From Akkermansiaceae bacterium UBA4145 (GTDB lineage: Bacteria; Verrucomicrobiota; Verrucomicrobiia; Verrucomicrobiales; Akkermansiaceae), in NCBI GenBank assembly GCA_002380675.1, contig DFWB01000200.1:8663-51123 (forward strand): DNA of 42,461 bases. Reading direction: 5' to 3'. The notes below the pieces were generated by a model. It searched no databases and was not told the DNA's origin. It was given only the letters and a program-made list of their open reading frames with translations. The first letter of the stretch is position 1. Every line of letters begins with the position of its first letter. Shown here piece by piece: positions 17,301 to 26,346 of the stretch. The translations under genes were made by a program, and so were the position numbers.

Positions 17301-17795
17301 AAGCTCTTCAAGCATTTCGCGCGCCTGGAGAGGCTGTTTCTGCAAGAGCCATTCATTTACCGGCCCTGCGATGCACCCACTGAGGCAGATGATTCCTTCC
17401 GCATGCTCCCGCAGAAGCGGGAGGTCCACCCGGGGTTTCCCATAGTAAGAGCCATCCAGGTGTCCCTTGCTGACAAGCTGAACCAGGTTCTCCCAGCCCG
17501 TATTGTTTTCCGCGAGAAGAGTCAGGTGGGTTGCTCGCTTGCGACCCGGGATCTCCTGCCGGTGCTCCATCGACTCTGGGGCCAGATAAATCTCACATCC
17601 CAGAATCGGTTTTACACCCTCTTTGCGTGCAGCCTCGTAAAACTCGATAGCTCCGTAGAGGTTGCCATGGTCGGTCATCGCAACCGCCGGCATCCCCAGT
17701 TCTGCCGCCCTAGCTGCCGCCTCTTTGCAACGCACCGCGCCATCAAGAGTCGAATACTCCGTGTGGAGGTGGAGATGAACAAAAGAGGCGGCCAT
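14334..17795 (-). CDS. dnaE: DNA polymerase III alpha subunit
   Basis: 1153 aa. The PHP domain reads FVHLHLHTEYSTLDGA...MTDHGNLYG, followed by the polymerase core, the OB fold and a colinear C-terminus. It converges on the sulfatase stop with a 2-nt gap. Confidence 0.97.
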   Translation of the reverse strand: MAASFVHLHLHTEYSTLDGAVRCKEAAARAAELGMPAVAMTDHGNLYGAIEFYEAARKEGVKPILGCEIYLAPESMEHRQEIPGRKRATHLTLLAENNTGWENLVQLVSKGHLDGSYYGKPRVDLPLLREHAEGIICLSGCIAGPVNEWLLQKQPLQAREMLEELCEIFGRDNLYVELHDHGLEMQLEVKPQLIALAGELGLKLVAANDVHFLSRDDHDAHDVMICIGTGKLVFDEKRMRYPPEVYFKTAEEMREVFADVPEACDNTLEIAERCNVTLSLDATSSEKYPNFEAPGGMCRDDYIREQCFAGLEMRYGKEKASKDEELRKRLDYEIRTISDLGFSSYFLITADFINWAKENGIPVGPGRGSAAGSLVAYTLGITDICPMRFGLLFERFLNPERVSPPDVDIDFCQTRRPEVIDYVRRKYGERCVSHIITYGTLGAKSVIRDVARVMGVSYGEADMIAKMIEARPGVKLKEEYDSKAELRQTIEGNASYRELWDYATKLEGLTRNTGVHAAGVVIGDRPLDEHVPLSRGNEGEVVTQYDMGAITEVGLLKMDFLGLKNLTVIQEASEFIRSAIPDFEIHRVPLDDQPTFDLLNKGETMGVFQLESGGMTETCKRYGIRRIDDITDLLALYRPGAMQFIDEMIEVKEGRKEVTYEHPMLEQICGDTYGVMIYQEQVQNAAKLLAGYTLGGADILRRAMGKKKQSEMDKQRVTFVEGCKAENEIDSVLANRIFDKIASFAGYGFNKSHSACYAHISYWTAYLKANFPVEFMAALLSNEFSNTDKIGVFVSECHRMDIEILPPDLNRSQLRFAPEQLSSGKMAIRYGLAAIKNVGEGAMAQAIAERELNGSFPTMDDFTNRQDSKVVNKRILENLVLSGAMDWTGETRAGMHARVEEVTAAASAAQRDRESGQVALFADEELAAPAARKQIPEWPKDERLEKEKELLGYYVTGHPLDKYRSLLNSDRFCKLGLLDDLDIGDRRARFPFAGMIRKIDQRLTRKGKPFGILVIEDFTGSQEVLCWGESYTPARDAGILEEGAVIALKGEVSIDDRTESRKIMGSGLRELKLRSNQNGSNGGGPLELSLWVSRSRVEDLRKIEEVLASHPGKTPVLLHFQSGTGKRATVECGEQFRVQKSEALSVALGRWVD

Positions 17796-17938
17796 AGCAA
17801 TTCCGGCCGGGACAGCATAGGCCCGCCCGCGATCCCCGCAACGCCGAAGCGGGCCGGCTCTCTCATTTCGTTGGGCGAACCTCGCAGGATCGTATTTTTC
17901 GCTGGCGCTTCCGGCAAACCAGCCCTTCCTTGTAGATC

Positions 17939-18703
17939 ATGGCTTTTTTCATTTCGCGCCTTCTGGCCATACATCTGCTTCTTCAACTGATAGGTCCCTT
18001 CGCCCTCGCGGACGAGGAAAACGGGCCTCCGGCAGAGGAGAAAGCGGAAGATGCCCCCAAAAAAGCACCCGATCTATCCGAATTTCGGACCTTCACCTCC
18101 GCCAAAGGTAACAAAACCCTGCAGCTCAAGGTTGTCGCTCGCATCGACGATGAGACCTACAAGGTTCAGAATCCCGAAGGCAGGATCTTCAACATCAAGA
18201 CCAGCAATCTCAGTCGGTCCGACCAGCTCTTTCTCGATTTCTGGGAACCCGACGCCATTCTTAATCTGAAGAAGGCCGAGCTCCCTGACGTCCTTGACCA
18301 GATGGGCTACAGCATTTTGGACATGACCGTTGTCGAAAGCACCTTCTTTGTCACAGCTACCGTTGACGGAAAGACCGGAAAGTTCCTGCTCGATCCCAGT
18401 CGGGGATGGTCGACTTTCGACCCTGCTGTCGCAAAGGAAATCGGAATGACCCTCACTCAGGGCCGCATCAACTTTACTGACAATACCGGTAAAAGCAGCC
18501 GGTCACAGCGGGGCGCGGTCAAGGAATTCAAAGCTGGAACGGTCTCCGTAAACTCACATGAATTCGAGGTAATCGAGGTCGCTAAAATGTTCCGGGCTGT
18601 TCCCGCCAATACGATTGGCGCTATCGGTGGGGACATGCTCAAAAAGCTCAACGCCCTTGTTGACTTCGGGGGTAAACGTCTCTTCGTGCGAGCGAATCAG
18701 TAG
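17939..18703 (+). CDS. Secreted protein with an SHD1-like domain plus a degenerate retropepsin-like (clan AA) domain
   Basis: The signal peptide is MAFFISRLLAIHLLLQLIGPFALA. The SHD1-like stretch is FRTFTSAKGNKTLQLKVVARIDDETYKVQNPEGRIFNIKTSNLSRSDQLFL. The retropepsin-like stretch is FFVTATVDGKTGKFLLDPSRGWSTFDPAVAKEIGM ... IGAIGGDMLKKLNALVDFGGKRLFV, with DPS in place of the D-T/S-G motif. Confidence 0.6.
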   Translation: MAFFISRLLAIHLLLQLIGPFALADEENGPPAEEKAEDAPKKAPDLSEFRTFTSAKGNKTLQLKVVARIDDETYKVQNPEGRIFNIKTSNLSRSDQLFLDFWEPDAILNLKKAELPDVLDQMGYSILDMTVVESTFFVTATVDGKTGKFLLDPSRGWSTFDPAVAKEIGMTLTQGRINFTDNTGKSSRSQRGAVKEFKAGTVSVNSHEFEVIEVAKMFRAVPANTIGAIGGDMLKKLNALVDFGGKRLFVRANQ

Positions 18704-18889
18704 TGGACCGACACCGGGCCGGGAACTGCATACTGTGAGCGAACTCCTCTCTCCCATTCTGCCCCTCGCACGAGACCTCGGGGTTTCAGGCGCCTTGGGA
18801 GGGCCCGACTCGGCTACCTCCACCTTTTTTACAGCGAGACATTCCTCGCTAAGGCCTCAGTTCAAACCTCCCTTGGCAGCTTCCACTAG

Positions 18890-19288
<399 letters not shown>

Positions 19289-19460
19289 CCTTCTGGGCAA
19301 AAAGCTCCCAGAACGTCGTAATAGCGTCAAAGATCGCCTCTCGGCTCAGCGCATGAGGGAGGGGGATAGGAACTGCTCCTGCGGCCTTACGGGTGCCTCT
19401 GGGTTATCCCATTCCCCAAGGCCCTCCCCGCCGATCATGGCGGAACGTAAAAGGGCATCC

Positions 19461-20981
19461 TCAGGGGGTAATAACAACCCTGTCTCCCAGCTTTGTGAGA
19501 TCCCAGAACCTTCCAGCACTTCTTGGGGGTATCCGCAGGCACCCATGAGAAGCCGGGTGGTCCGGACAGTAACCCTCGTGAAAACCAATCGCACTGCAAT
19601 TAAGGCGTTGGAAGAAAGGCATTCTTACTCCCTTATATAGATTAGACTCATGATCGCGGTGCCTGTCGGTAATCACAAACTCCCCAGGTTCTGTCCGGAA
19701 CCCCTTCTTTCCAGTTGATACCCTTGTGGTCAGCAGCATCTGGCCCTCAATGCCGTAGACCCAAGCCCTCTGCTCAGACAAATCGACCTTGATCCAGCGT
19801 TCTTCATGTTCCGGATCTATACCTAGCAGTAGTTGCATCATCTTCACGTCCCCACGACGCGCTGCAAATCCGATCGCAGAAAAGGATTTGCCACTGGTAC
19901 GCACCGAAAGCGTCGCTCCATGGTCTACCAAAAGCTTGGCCATTTCGAGATTCCCGCTATCTGCTGCCGCCATCAGAGCCGTTACTCCTGAATCGTATTT
20001 CAAGTGACTTTTGAGAAAGCCCACTGGTCGCACCCATGCGAGAAATGCGGGCGTAACCGGACACACAAACGCCTCATTAACATCAGCCCCTTTCCGAACC
20101 AGAGCACGGCAAAGGTCTATGCGGTTCATTGCAACCGCAAGATGAAGCGGGCCCTGACCCTCTCTCCCCAGAGGTTTCAGTTCCTTATCACTCAAATAGC
20201 CTGCCTCTAGAATATCCTCCAGCAGGCCCCGCCTTCCTCCGCGTACCGCCGCTACCAAGAGCGAATCAGTAGAGCCCCCGTCGGGCTTCACTCGATGCAG
20301 GAGAAGAAACCGCAGGAGTTCACGATCCCCCTCCACAATCGCATTGTAGAGAGCTGGCCCTGCCACGCCGCCGTGCCGCAGAATCACTTCGGCTCGCTCA
20401 AGGTCTCTTACCTGTAACAGTGCGCTGATCGCAGGACGGCCTCCGGGACCCAGCAAGTTCGGGTTGGCCCCAGCCTTAAGAAGCATTTCAAGTTCCACCG
20501 GAGTCGAATCCAATGCGAGCGCAAGCCCGAGGGCGGTCTCCCCTCCCGGACCTCGCTCGCGTGGATCTGCCCCATGGGCAATCAGAATTCTCAGAGCCTC
20601 CTGATTGCCACAATGAAGGGCCAATTGTAACGGGCTCCACCCACTCGGGTGCCGCAGGTTGCAATTCTCGCCCCCGACCAACAACTGGGAAAGAATATCG
20701 GACTGTCCCTGCAAAATTGCCCGGTGTATCGCCGACTCCGTCCATCTGCTGAGCATCAGCCCCTGCGCGACCTCCCAATGAGGAGCTGCCATGCGTGATG
20801 GAAGTTGCCCATGTGGAACACCGGTAACGAGTCGAGGAAACATGAGAGCCTTGAGGCCTCCTCCCTCACTCCTCAAAACCTCGCCAAAGGCTGGCATCCC
20901 ATTTGGGGGAGCCCCGGCCAGAGCACCTGCCACCGCAAGACCAAGGGAGCATATCCCTGCAATACCGCGTAACCTTTGCAT
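19461..20981 (-). CDS. Secreted ankyrin-repeat protein fused to a C-terminal L,D-transpeptidase (YkuD) catalytic domain
   Basis: There are several ANK repeats (for example GWSPLQLALHCGNQEALRILIAHGADP, GQGPLHLAVAMNRIDLCRALVRKGADVN, GVTALMAAADSGNLEMAKLLVDHGA). The YkuD domain reads IKVDLSEQRAWVY...STGKKGFRTEPGEFVI...IGFHEG...ASHGCLRIP. ATG 20981 gives a signal peptide MQRLRGIAGICSLGLAVAGALAG. The alternative GTG is at 21032. Confidence 0.85.
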   Translation of the reverse strand: MQRLRGIAGICSLGLAVAGALAGAPPNGMPAFGEVLRSEGGGLKALMFPRLVTGVPHGQLPSRMAAPHWEVAQGLMLSRWTESAIHRAILQGQSDILSQLLVGGENCNLRHPSGWSPLQLALHCGNQEALRILIAHGADPRERGPGGETALGLALALDSTPVELEMLLKAGANPNLLGPGGRPAISALLQVRDLERAEVILRHGGVAGPALYNAIVEGDRELLRFLLLHRVKPDGGSTDSLLVAAVRGGRRGLLEDILEAGYLSDKELKPLGREGQGPLHLAVAMNRIDLCRALVRKGADVNEAFVCPVTPAFLAWVRPVGFLKSHLKYDSGVTALMAAADSGNLEMAKLLVDHGATLSVRTSGKSFSAIGFAARRGDVKMMQLLLGIDPEHEERWIKVDLSEQRAWVYGIEGQMLLTTRVSTGKKGFRTEPGEFVITDRHRDHESNLYKGVRMPFFQRLNCSAIGFHEGYCPDHPASHGCLRIPPRSAGRFWDLTKLGDRVVITP

Positions 20982-21118
20982 CTGATCCTGCAGTTCACCA
21001 TTGGGCCCCCTGGAATGTCGAGGCCCTTTCACTCCTCTTCATCGCCGCACCAATCACCGGCTTCCGCTGATCCTCAAATGATCACAATCCTCGGCCGGGG
21101 CCCTGCACAAGCGGCTCA

Positions 21119-22351
21119 CTATCCGAGCATCGCTCCCAGGCGGGCGCACACTTCCTCTACATTCTCTCGCGAGTTAAAGGCAGATATCCGAAAGTAGCCT
21201 TCACCTGCAGCGCCAAATCCTGCACCCGGGGTAACCACCACCTGCGCTTCGTGTAACATTCGGTCAAACATCGCCCAGCTATCAACACCCTCGGGGCATC
21301 GCACCCAGACATAAGGAGAATGCTCTCCTCCATAAACGTCCAACCCACAATCCTCACAGGCACTCTTCAGAAGAGCCGCATTTCCCATGTAGTGCTCGAC
21401 CAGCTTACTGATCTCAGCCTTGCCCTCCGACGAGTAGAGGGCCTCTGCTGCACGCTGCACCGGGTAGCTCACGCCGTTAAATTTAGTAGAATGCCGACGG
21501 GCCCATAGGCCGTGCAGAGACACTCTTTCCCCACTTCCATCAGACCCAGTAAGCTCCTTTGGGACGACGATAAAGGCACAACGCGTTCCTGTGAATCCCC
21601 CATTTTTGGAGAAGGATCGGAACTCGATCGCACACTCCCGGGCTCCCTCAATCTCATAAATTGATCGGGGCAGACCGGGGTCCTGAACAAAGGCCTCATA
21701 GGCCGCATCATAAAGAATGACCGCATCATGTTCGCGCGCATAGGCTACCCATTGTTCCAACTGCTCCCTAGTTGCCACCGTTCCGGTCGGATTGTTCGGG
21801 TAACAGAGGTAGATCAGGTCTACTGTTTCCTGCGGTATTGCAGGAGTGAAATTGTTTTCTGCGGTGCACGGCAGGTAAACCAGCCCCTCATACTGACCAC
21901 TCTCGTCTCCCTCTCCGGTGTTTCCCATCATTACATTAGTATCCACATACACAGGATACACTGGATCGGTGATGGCGATCCTCTGTCCAACCCCGAAAAT
22001 ATCGAGGATGTTACCGCTGTCGCACTTCGACCCATCCGAGACAAATACCTCGTCCGCATCTACGCCTAATCCTTGGTAGGAGTTGTCCGCGATAGCCTGC
22101 CGCAGAAAGTCGTATCCCTGCTCGGGTCCGTATCCCCGGAAACTTCCCCTCTCGCCCAGCTCATCTACGGCCTCTTTCATTGCCGTTCTTGCAGCGAGAG
22201 GCAGCGGTTCGGTTACATCCCCGATTCCGCAGCGAATAAGCCGCTTTGTTTTCTCAGGTTCAGCATCAGAGAACGCGTTTACCCGCCGCGCGATCTCAGG
22301 AAAGAGGTAGCCCGCCTGGAGCTTCAGGAAATTTTCGTTAATTCGAGCCAT
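21119..22351 (-). CDS. dapL: LL-diaminopimelate aminotransferase
   Basis: [24 protein letters not shown]...[13 protein letters not shown]...FVSDGSKCD...YPNNPTG...[12 protein letters not shown] is typical of the DapL class. I chose ATG 22351. The track ORF extends to 22393. Confidence 0.9.
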   Translation of the reverse strand: MARINENFLKLQAGYLFPEIARRVNAFSDAEPEKTKRLIRCGIGDVTEPLPLAARTAMKEAVDELGERGSFRGYGPEQGYDFLRQAIADNSYQGLGVDADEVFVSDGSKCDSGNILDIFGVGQRIAITDPVYPVYVDTNVMMGNTGEGDESGQYEGLVYLPCTAENNFTPAIPQETVDLIYLCYPNNPTGTVATREQLEQWVAYAREHDAVILYDAAYEAFVQDPGLPRSIYEIEGARECAIEFRSFSKNGGFTGTRCAFIVVPKELTGSDGSGERVSLHGLWARRHSTKFNGVSYPVQRAAEALYSSEGKAEISKLVEHYMGNAALLKSACEDCGLDVYGGEHSPYVWVRCPEGVDSWAMFDRMLHEAQVVVTPGAGFGAAGEGYFRISAFNSRENVEEVCARLGAMLG

Positions 22352-22420
22352 GGCGAGCACCCTGTAGCTGGCATCAGTCAAACTCGCAAGCACCAGAGTT
22401 CCCTCTGCGAATTTTGAGGC

Positions 22421-22455
22421 CGAAATAAGTCAGCCGGGCCCACTGGCCCGGCTGA
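22421..22455 (-). terminator. Rho-independent terminator of sodA
   Basis: There is an 11-bp perfect stem, TCAGCCGGGCC (22430-22440) with GGCCCGGCTGA (22445-22455), and a 4-nt loop. On the minus strand it is followed by CTTATTTCG. It lies 29 nt after the sodA stop. Confidence 0.65.
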
Positions 22456-22483
22456 TTCATGAGAAGTCTCGTTTCCCCGAAGC

Positions 22484-23113
22484 TTATCCTACGGCCTTGC
22501 GCAAGCCCTCTGCCACTGTGTCCCAATTGATAACGTTAAAGAAGGCCCCGACGTAATCAGGACGTCGGTTCTGGTAATTCAGGTAGTATGCGTGCTCCCA
22601 CACATCAAGGCCAAGAATTGGAACACACCCCGCACATCCAGAAATTTCACCCATGAGGGGATTGTCCTGATTCGCGGTGGAGCAGACCCCCAGCTTGCCT
22701 TCTTTATCTGAGCAGAGCCACGCCCATCCGGAACCAAACCTTGTCATCGCCGCCTTCGTGAAGGCTTCCTTAAAACCGTCAAGAGAGCCGAATGCAGCGT
22801 TGATACCGTCCGAAACCTCACTGGTCGGCTCGTTGGACCCACCTGGCTTGATGCAGTCCCAGAAGTGACTGTGATTGAAATGGCCCCCTCCGTTGTTCCG
22901 CACAGCCCCCCGGATGTCTTCGGGAACATCCCCGATATTCATCACCAGCTCACAGATGGACTTGTCCGCAAGCTCCGTTCCTTCGATTGCCGCATTCAGG
23001 TTAGTTACGTAGGCATTGTGATGTTTGCTGTGATGGATTTCCATCGTGCGCGCGTCGATGTGCGGCTCGAGCGCATCATATGCATAGCCAAGATCAGGAA
23101 GTGTATGAGCCAT
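22484..23113 (-). CDS. sodA: Fe/Mn-family superoxide dismutase (Mn-type signature)
   Basis: [32 protein letters not shown]...[13 protein letters not shown]...GSGWAWL...[18 protein letters not shown]. The true start is ATG 23113. The track ORF start at 23290 adds 59 non-homologous residues. Confidence 0.93.
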   Translation of the reverse strand: MAHTLPDLGYAYDALEPHIDARTMEIHHSKHHNAYVTNLNAAIEGTELADKSICELVMNIGDVPEDIRGAVRNNGGGHFNHSHFWDCIKPGGSNEPTSEVSDGINAAFGSLDGFKEAFTKAAMTRFGSGWAWLCSDKEGKLGVCSTANQDNPLMGEISGCAGCVPILGLDVWEHAYYLNYQNRRPDYVGAFFNVINWDTVAEGLRKAVG

Positions 23114-23243
23114 TGGAATAATGTGTTGATAGATGTTAGCATGTTTGCTTTGCGCCTCCCGGAGATTTCCGGATAAATGACACCCAAAGCTTCTTCCTTC
23201 GTAAGAAAGCAGCTTCCATCCATTCCGCAAGGGCAACTTCACC

Positions 23244-23801
23244 ATGGAACTACAACCTTCGCTCTTTCTTCTCCTCCTTATTCTGGGCACGTCGCTGGGG
23301 GCATCCCTGACTTGGTTCCTGTGTCATAACAGCAACCAGGCGACGCGCATTCGTCACCGCGAGCGCACCAAGGCTCTCCTTAAATCTTCTGCAGAGCTCG
23401 AGGCCTGCTGCGCCAAGCTGGAAGCACAAATTCAGAAGCTCCGCAGCAGCGAGGCTGGATCCCTGCGGCGTGAAGTAAAACTTGAGACCCTCCTCCAAGC
23501 TGAGCAACGACGTATTGCTGACAGGGAGCAACTTCTGAGAGAGTCCGAATCCCGGATTCTTCAGGGATTCCAGTCAGCCTCTCTCCGGATTCTCCAAGCG
23601 AGTGAGAAAAGCGAGTCCGAGAATACCAGTCCAGCAAAGGCACCCTTCAGGGGAAAGGGCTTTTCCGAAGATCAGGATGCAAACAACCCCTCCGCCACGC
23701 TCCGGGAGAACGTGGTTTCCGGTATGCTCGAAGATAGTGCTGCAGTTCTTCCCGCACCTTCTCAAGACACGCCGGTCTCCCTAACGCGAATTGAACCGTA
23801 G
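23244..23801 (+). CDS. Hypothetical membrane-anchored coiled-coil protein
   Basis: 185 aa with an N-terminal TM segment ([20 protein letters not shown]), then a heptad-like charged region and a low-complexity tail. I recognise no family. It is divergent from sodA. Confidence 0.4.
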   Translation: MELQPSLFLLLLILGTSLGASLTWFLCHNSNQATRIRHRERTKALLKSSAELEACCAKLEAQIQKLRSSEAGSLRREVKLETLLQAEQRRIADREQLLRESESRILQGFQSASLRILQASEKSESENTSPAKAPFRGKGFSEDQDANNPSATLRENVVSGMLEDSAAVLPAPSQDTPVSLTRIEP

Positions 23802-23834
23802 GATGTCCTCAGCACTCTCTCACCTCGAGTAGCG

Positions 23835-25133
23835 CTAAAGCTCCTTCACGAAGATATTAGCAAACTGAAGCGGGTTGCCGTGGTGTTGGAATCCCAGGCG
23901 CCCCGTAGGCTGGACCCCCGGTAACTGAGCGTCATGCAGGACAACTTTTCCGTTGAGAACGACGGTAAGACGGTCACCCTTGACCGTGATCACATACCGG
24001 TTCCACTCTCCAACCTTGTTATCCGCAGGAACTCGTGGAGTGAGCGCTGCCCGGATTGGAAGAGGCTGTTTTCCATCGTTGCGAATACCGTAGACCTCCC
24101 CCGAGCCAACGGTCCAATTCCAGAGGTTCACCTGGGTCCGGACTGCTCCCCGTAACAATACCCCGCTGTCATACTCATCGATCTCAGCGGTCACGCCTTT
24201 CTTATCGGCCCCTGTCTTTTGCAAGCCATTGAGCAGCAAAACAGGCTGATTCCGCTTTCCACTGTGTTCCCCGGTCCAACGCCAGTCCACAACAGTGGTA
24301 AAATCCTTATATTCCTTAGTGGTCCAAAGGTTGGTCCCCTTCCCATCGTAGTGCAGGATCCATCCATCCTTGACTGTCCAGTGGCCTTTGTTGTTCGCGT
24401 CCTCCGCAAAATTCTGGAGAGAGCCACCCGCCATGACAGGCGTGAACCCCAGCCCCGCGAGCGTCTCATCGGCCTTACCTGTCGGCTGATACCAAGCTTC
24501 CGACTTGTCTTCCTCGAAGGAAATTTCCGCAATCCGCATTTTGCGGACACGGATGATATCACCGTGACCTGCAAAGCAAATGTGACCCTTCCTGCGCTTA
24601 ACGCCCTGATGCTTGGGCTTCTTTTTGCTCAGCTCTTCCAGGTTGACGTCGGTAATACAGACTCCGTTGAGCTCCACCGTGAGCCTTGGCCCCCGGATTG
24701 TGACCCGCTGCTTGTTCCACTCTCCTACCGGAGCGAGATGACCGCGGAGAGATGGCGCAAGAGAATAGACTGAACCGTGAAACTGCCATTCCTTCAGGTT
24801 CTTATATTTGTCAGCGGTATTATCCAGGATCTGCAATTCCATCCCAGTGTAAGCCGCATCCCCGCTGCCAGGATAATGAACCCCCAGTCCATTGTTGGCT
24901 CCAGCAGTCAGTTGAAATTCAAATTCGAGGATATAGTCTGCATATTGCTTCTCCGTGATCAGATTCCTTGATTTGCCGGACGACTCAATAATCCCGTTCT
25001 TGACGAAATATCCGTTCTGCTCGGTTTTTCCCGGAGCTCCAAAGTTGGTGAAATCCTTCCCGTTAAAAAGCTCTACCCAGTCGGCAGAGGCAGGAAGGGA
25101 CAGGGCGATCAGGCAGGCAGCAAGTGCTTTCAT
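23835..25133 (-). CDS. Secreted protein with two tandem DUF1080 (3-keto-disaccharide hydrolase-like, LamG fold) domains
   Basis: The signal peptide is MKALAACLIALSLPASA. Domain 1 reads WVELFNGKDFTNF...YADYILEFEFQLTAGANNGLGVHYP...MELQILDN...EWNKQRVTIRGPRLTVELNG. Domain 2 reads HWTVKDGWILHYDG...NLWTTKEYKDFTTVVDWR...EWNRYVITVKGDRLTVVLNG...LGFQHHGNPLQFANIFVKEL. Confidence 0.85.
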   Translation of the reverse strand: MKALAACLIALSLPASADWVELFNGKDFTNFGAPGKTEQNGYFVKNGIIESSGKSRNLITEKQYADYILEFEFQLTAGANNGLGVHYPGSGDAAYTGMELQILDNTADKYKNLKEWQFHGSVYSLAPSLRGHLAPVGEWNKQRVTIRGPRLTVELNGVCITDVNLEELSKKKPKHQGVKRRKGHICFAGHGDIIRVRKMRIAEISFEEDKSEAWYQPTGKADETLAGLGFTPVMAGGSLQNFAEDANNKGHWTVKDGWILHYDGKGTNLWTTKEYKDFTTVVDWRWTGEHSGKRNQPVLLLNGLQKTGADKKGVTAEIDEYDSGVLLRGAVRTQVNLWNWTVGSGEVYGIRNDGKQPLPIRAALTPRVPADNKVGEWNRYVITVKGDRLTVVLNGKVVLHDAQLPGVQPTGRLGFQHHGNPLQFANIFVKEL

Positions 25134-25201
25134 GGCGTTGGTATGGTTTATATGTGATGAAAAGGATGTGGTGAGATTTCGGGCCAGACGGTTGAAATTG
25201 A

Positions 25202-26278
25202 TTAGAGCTCCACGGTTTTTCCCGTGCGGTAAGATTCATCTGCCGCCGCCACAATTCGCATCGAGTTGAGGGCGTCCTCCATATGATCACCGAGGTCAAG
25301 GTCCTCCTGGATGGCCTTGAGGAAATACTCCTGCTCCCGAAAGCAGAGTTCATCGTGGTCCGGCTCGTCATTCATGTCGATCCACTCGTCTTCCTTGGTG
25401 AACTCCTTGTTTTCATCCACTTCGCTATGATGAATTCGAAGGGCCTCGGTCTTGCTGTGGGCATCCACATCCGCAGAAGCGCCTTTGCTTCCTGCGTCCT
25501 TAGCTTCGATAGTAACGCAGCCCTTGGGGCCCACCACATCCTTCACAAAGAAGGCCATCTCACTCATCATGGGGCCCCACCCTGCCTCATACCACCCAAC
25601 ACTTCCGTCCTCAAAGGCCACCTGCAAGTGCCCATAATTGATTTTATCCTCGGGGATATCATCGGTAAGCCGCGCCCCCAAGCCCGACACCCGAACTGGC
25701 CGGGAACGGGTCATCTGGCACATCACGTCGACGTAGTGCACACCACAGTCCACGATCGGAGAGATCGAGGAAATAAGGTTCCGATGGGTCTCCCAGGCCG
25801 AGCCTGAGCTTTGTTGATTCAGGTTCATCCGCATCACCAGCGGCTTACCCAGCGTCCGGGCGATCTCAATAAAACGGATCCAGCTCGGATGGACTCTGAG
25901 AATGTAGCCGATCACCAGCTTCTTGCCACTTTCCCTCGCCTTCGCTACGATACTCTCTGCTTCCGCCACGGTCTCTGCCAGTGGCTTTTCAATGAACACA
26001 TGAGCCCCGGCCGCGAAAGCCGCCTCCGCATAGGGGCCGTGGGTATCGGGATAGGTTGATATACTTACTGCATCTGGCTTGGTCTCAGCGAGAGCCTCAT
26101 GGAAATCCCCGAACTCCGGATAGCCCCCTCCCAGCTCCTCATTGAGCTTTCCGCGCGATTCAGGCGACCGGGTGACAATGCCTGCAATCTCAAATTCCTC
26201 CAGCTTGTGATAAGCCCGTGCATGCGAGCTTCCCATGTTGCCAGCACCAACACATAGAATACGAATCTTGTTACTCAT
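25202..26278 (-). CDS. Gfo/Idh/MocA-family NAD(P)-dependent oxidoreductase (cytoplasmic; no signal peptide)
   Basis: 358 aa with the Rossmann start IRILCVGAGNMGSSHARAY, an EKP motif (VFIEKPLA) and the family's C-terminal alpha/beta domain. Confidence 0.88.
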   Translation of the reverse strand: MSNKIRILCVGAGNMGSSHARAYHKLEEFEIAGIVTRSPESRGKLNEELGGGYPEFGDFHEALAETKPDAVSISTYPDTHGPYAEAAFAAGAHVFIEKPLAETVAEAESIVAKARESGKKLVIGYILRVHPSWIRFIEIARTLGKPLVMRMNLNQQSSGSAWETHRNLISSISPIVDCGVHYVDVMCQMTRSRPVRVSGLGARLTDDIPEDKINYGHLQVAFEDGSVGWYEAGWGPMMSEMAFFVKDVVGPKGCVTIEAKDAGSKGASADVDAHSKTEALRIHHSEVDENKEFTKEDEWIDMNDEPDHDELCFREQEYFLKAIQEDLDLGDHMEDALNSMRIVAAADESYRTGKTVEL

Positions 26279-26346
26279 AGATTGCAGACAGACGTTCGCA
26301 CTTTCATCTCCGCGGTGTCCAGTCGAGACGGAGCCGAAAGACTACG

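Noticed and set aside
17253-17990. 245-aa plus-strand ORF overlapping the dnaE 5' region
   Set aside because: It is antisense to the dnaE PHP domain and has no family features.
18851-18886. tRNA-like T-loop string GTTCAAACC followed by ...CCA upstream of glnB
   Set aside because: The flanks of the putative T-loop (CCTCA / CTCCC) are not complementary, and no acceptor or anticodon stems can be drawn. It is not a tRNA.
19291-19313. Hairpin TTCTGGG-N9-CCCAGAA just after glnB as a terminator
   Set aside because: The 7-bp stem is AT-poor at its ends, the loop is 9 nt, and no U-tract follows on either strand. This is too weak to call.
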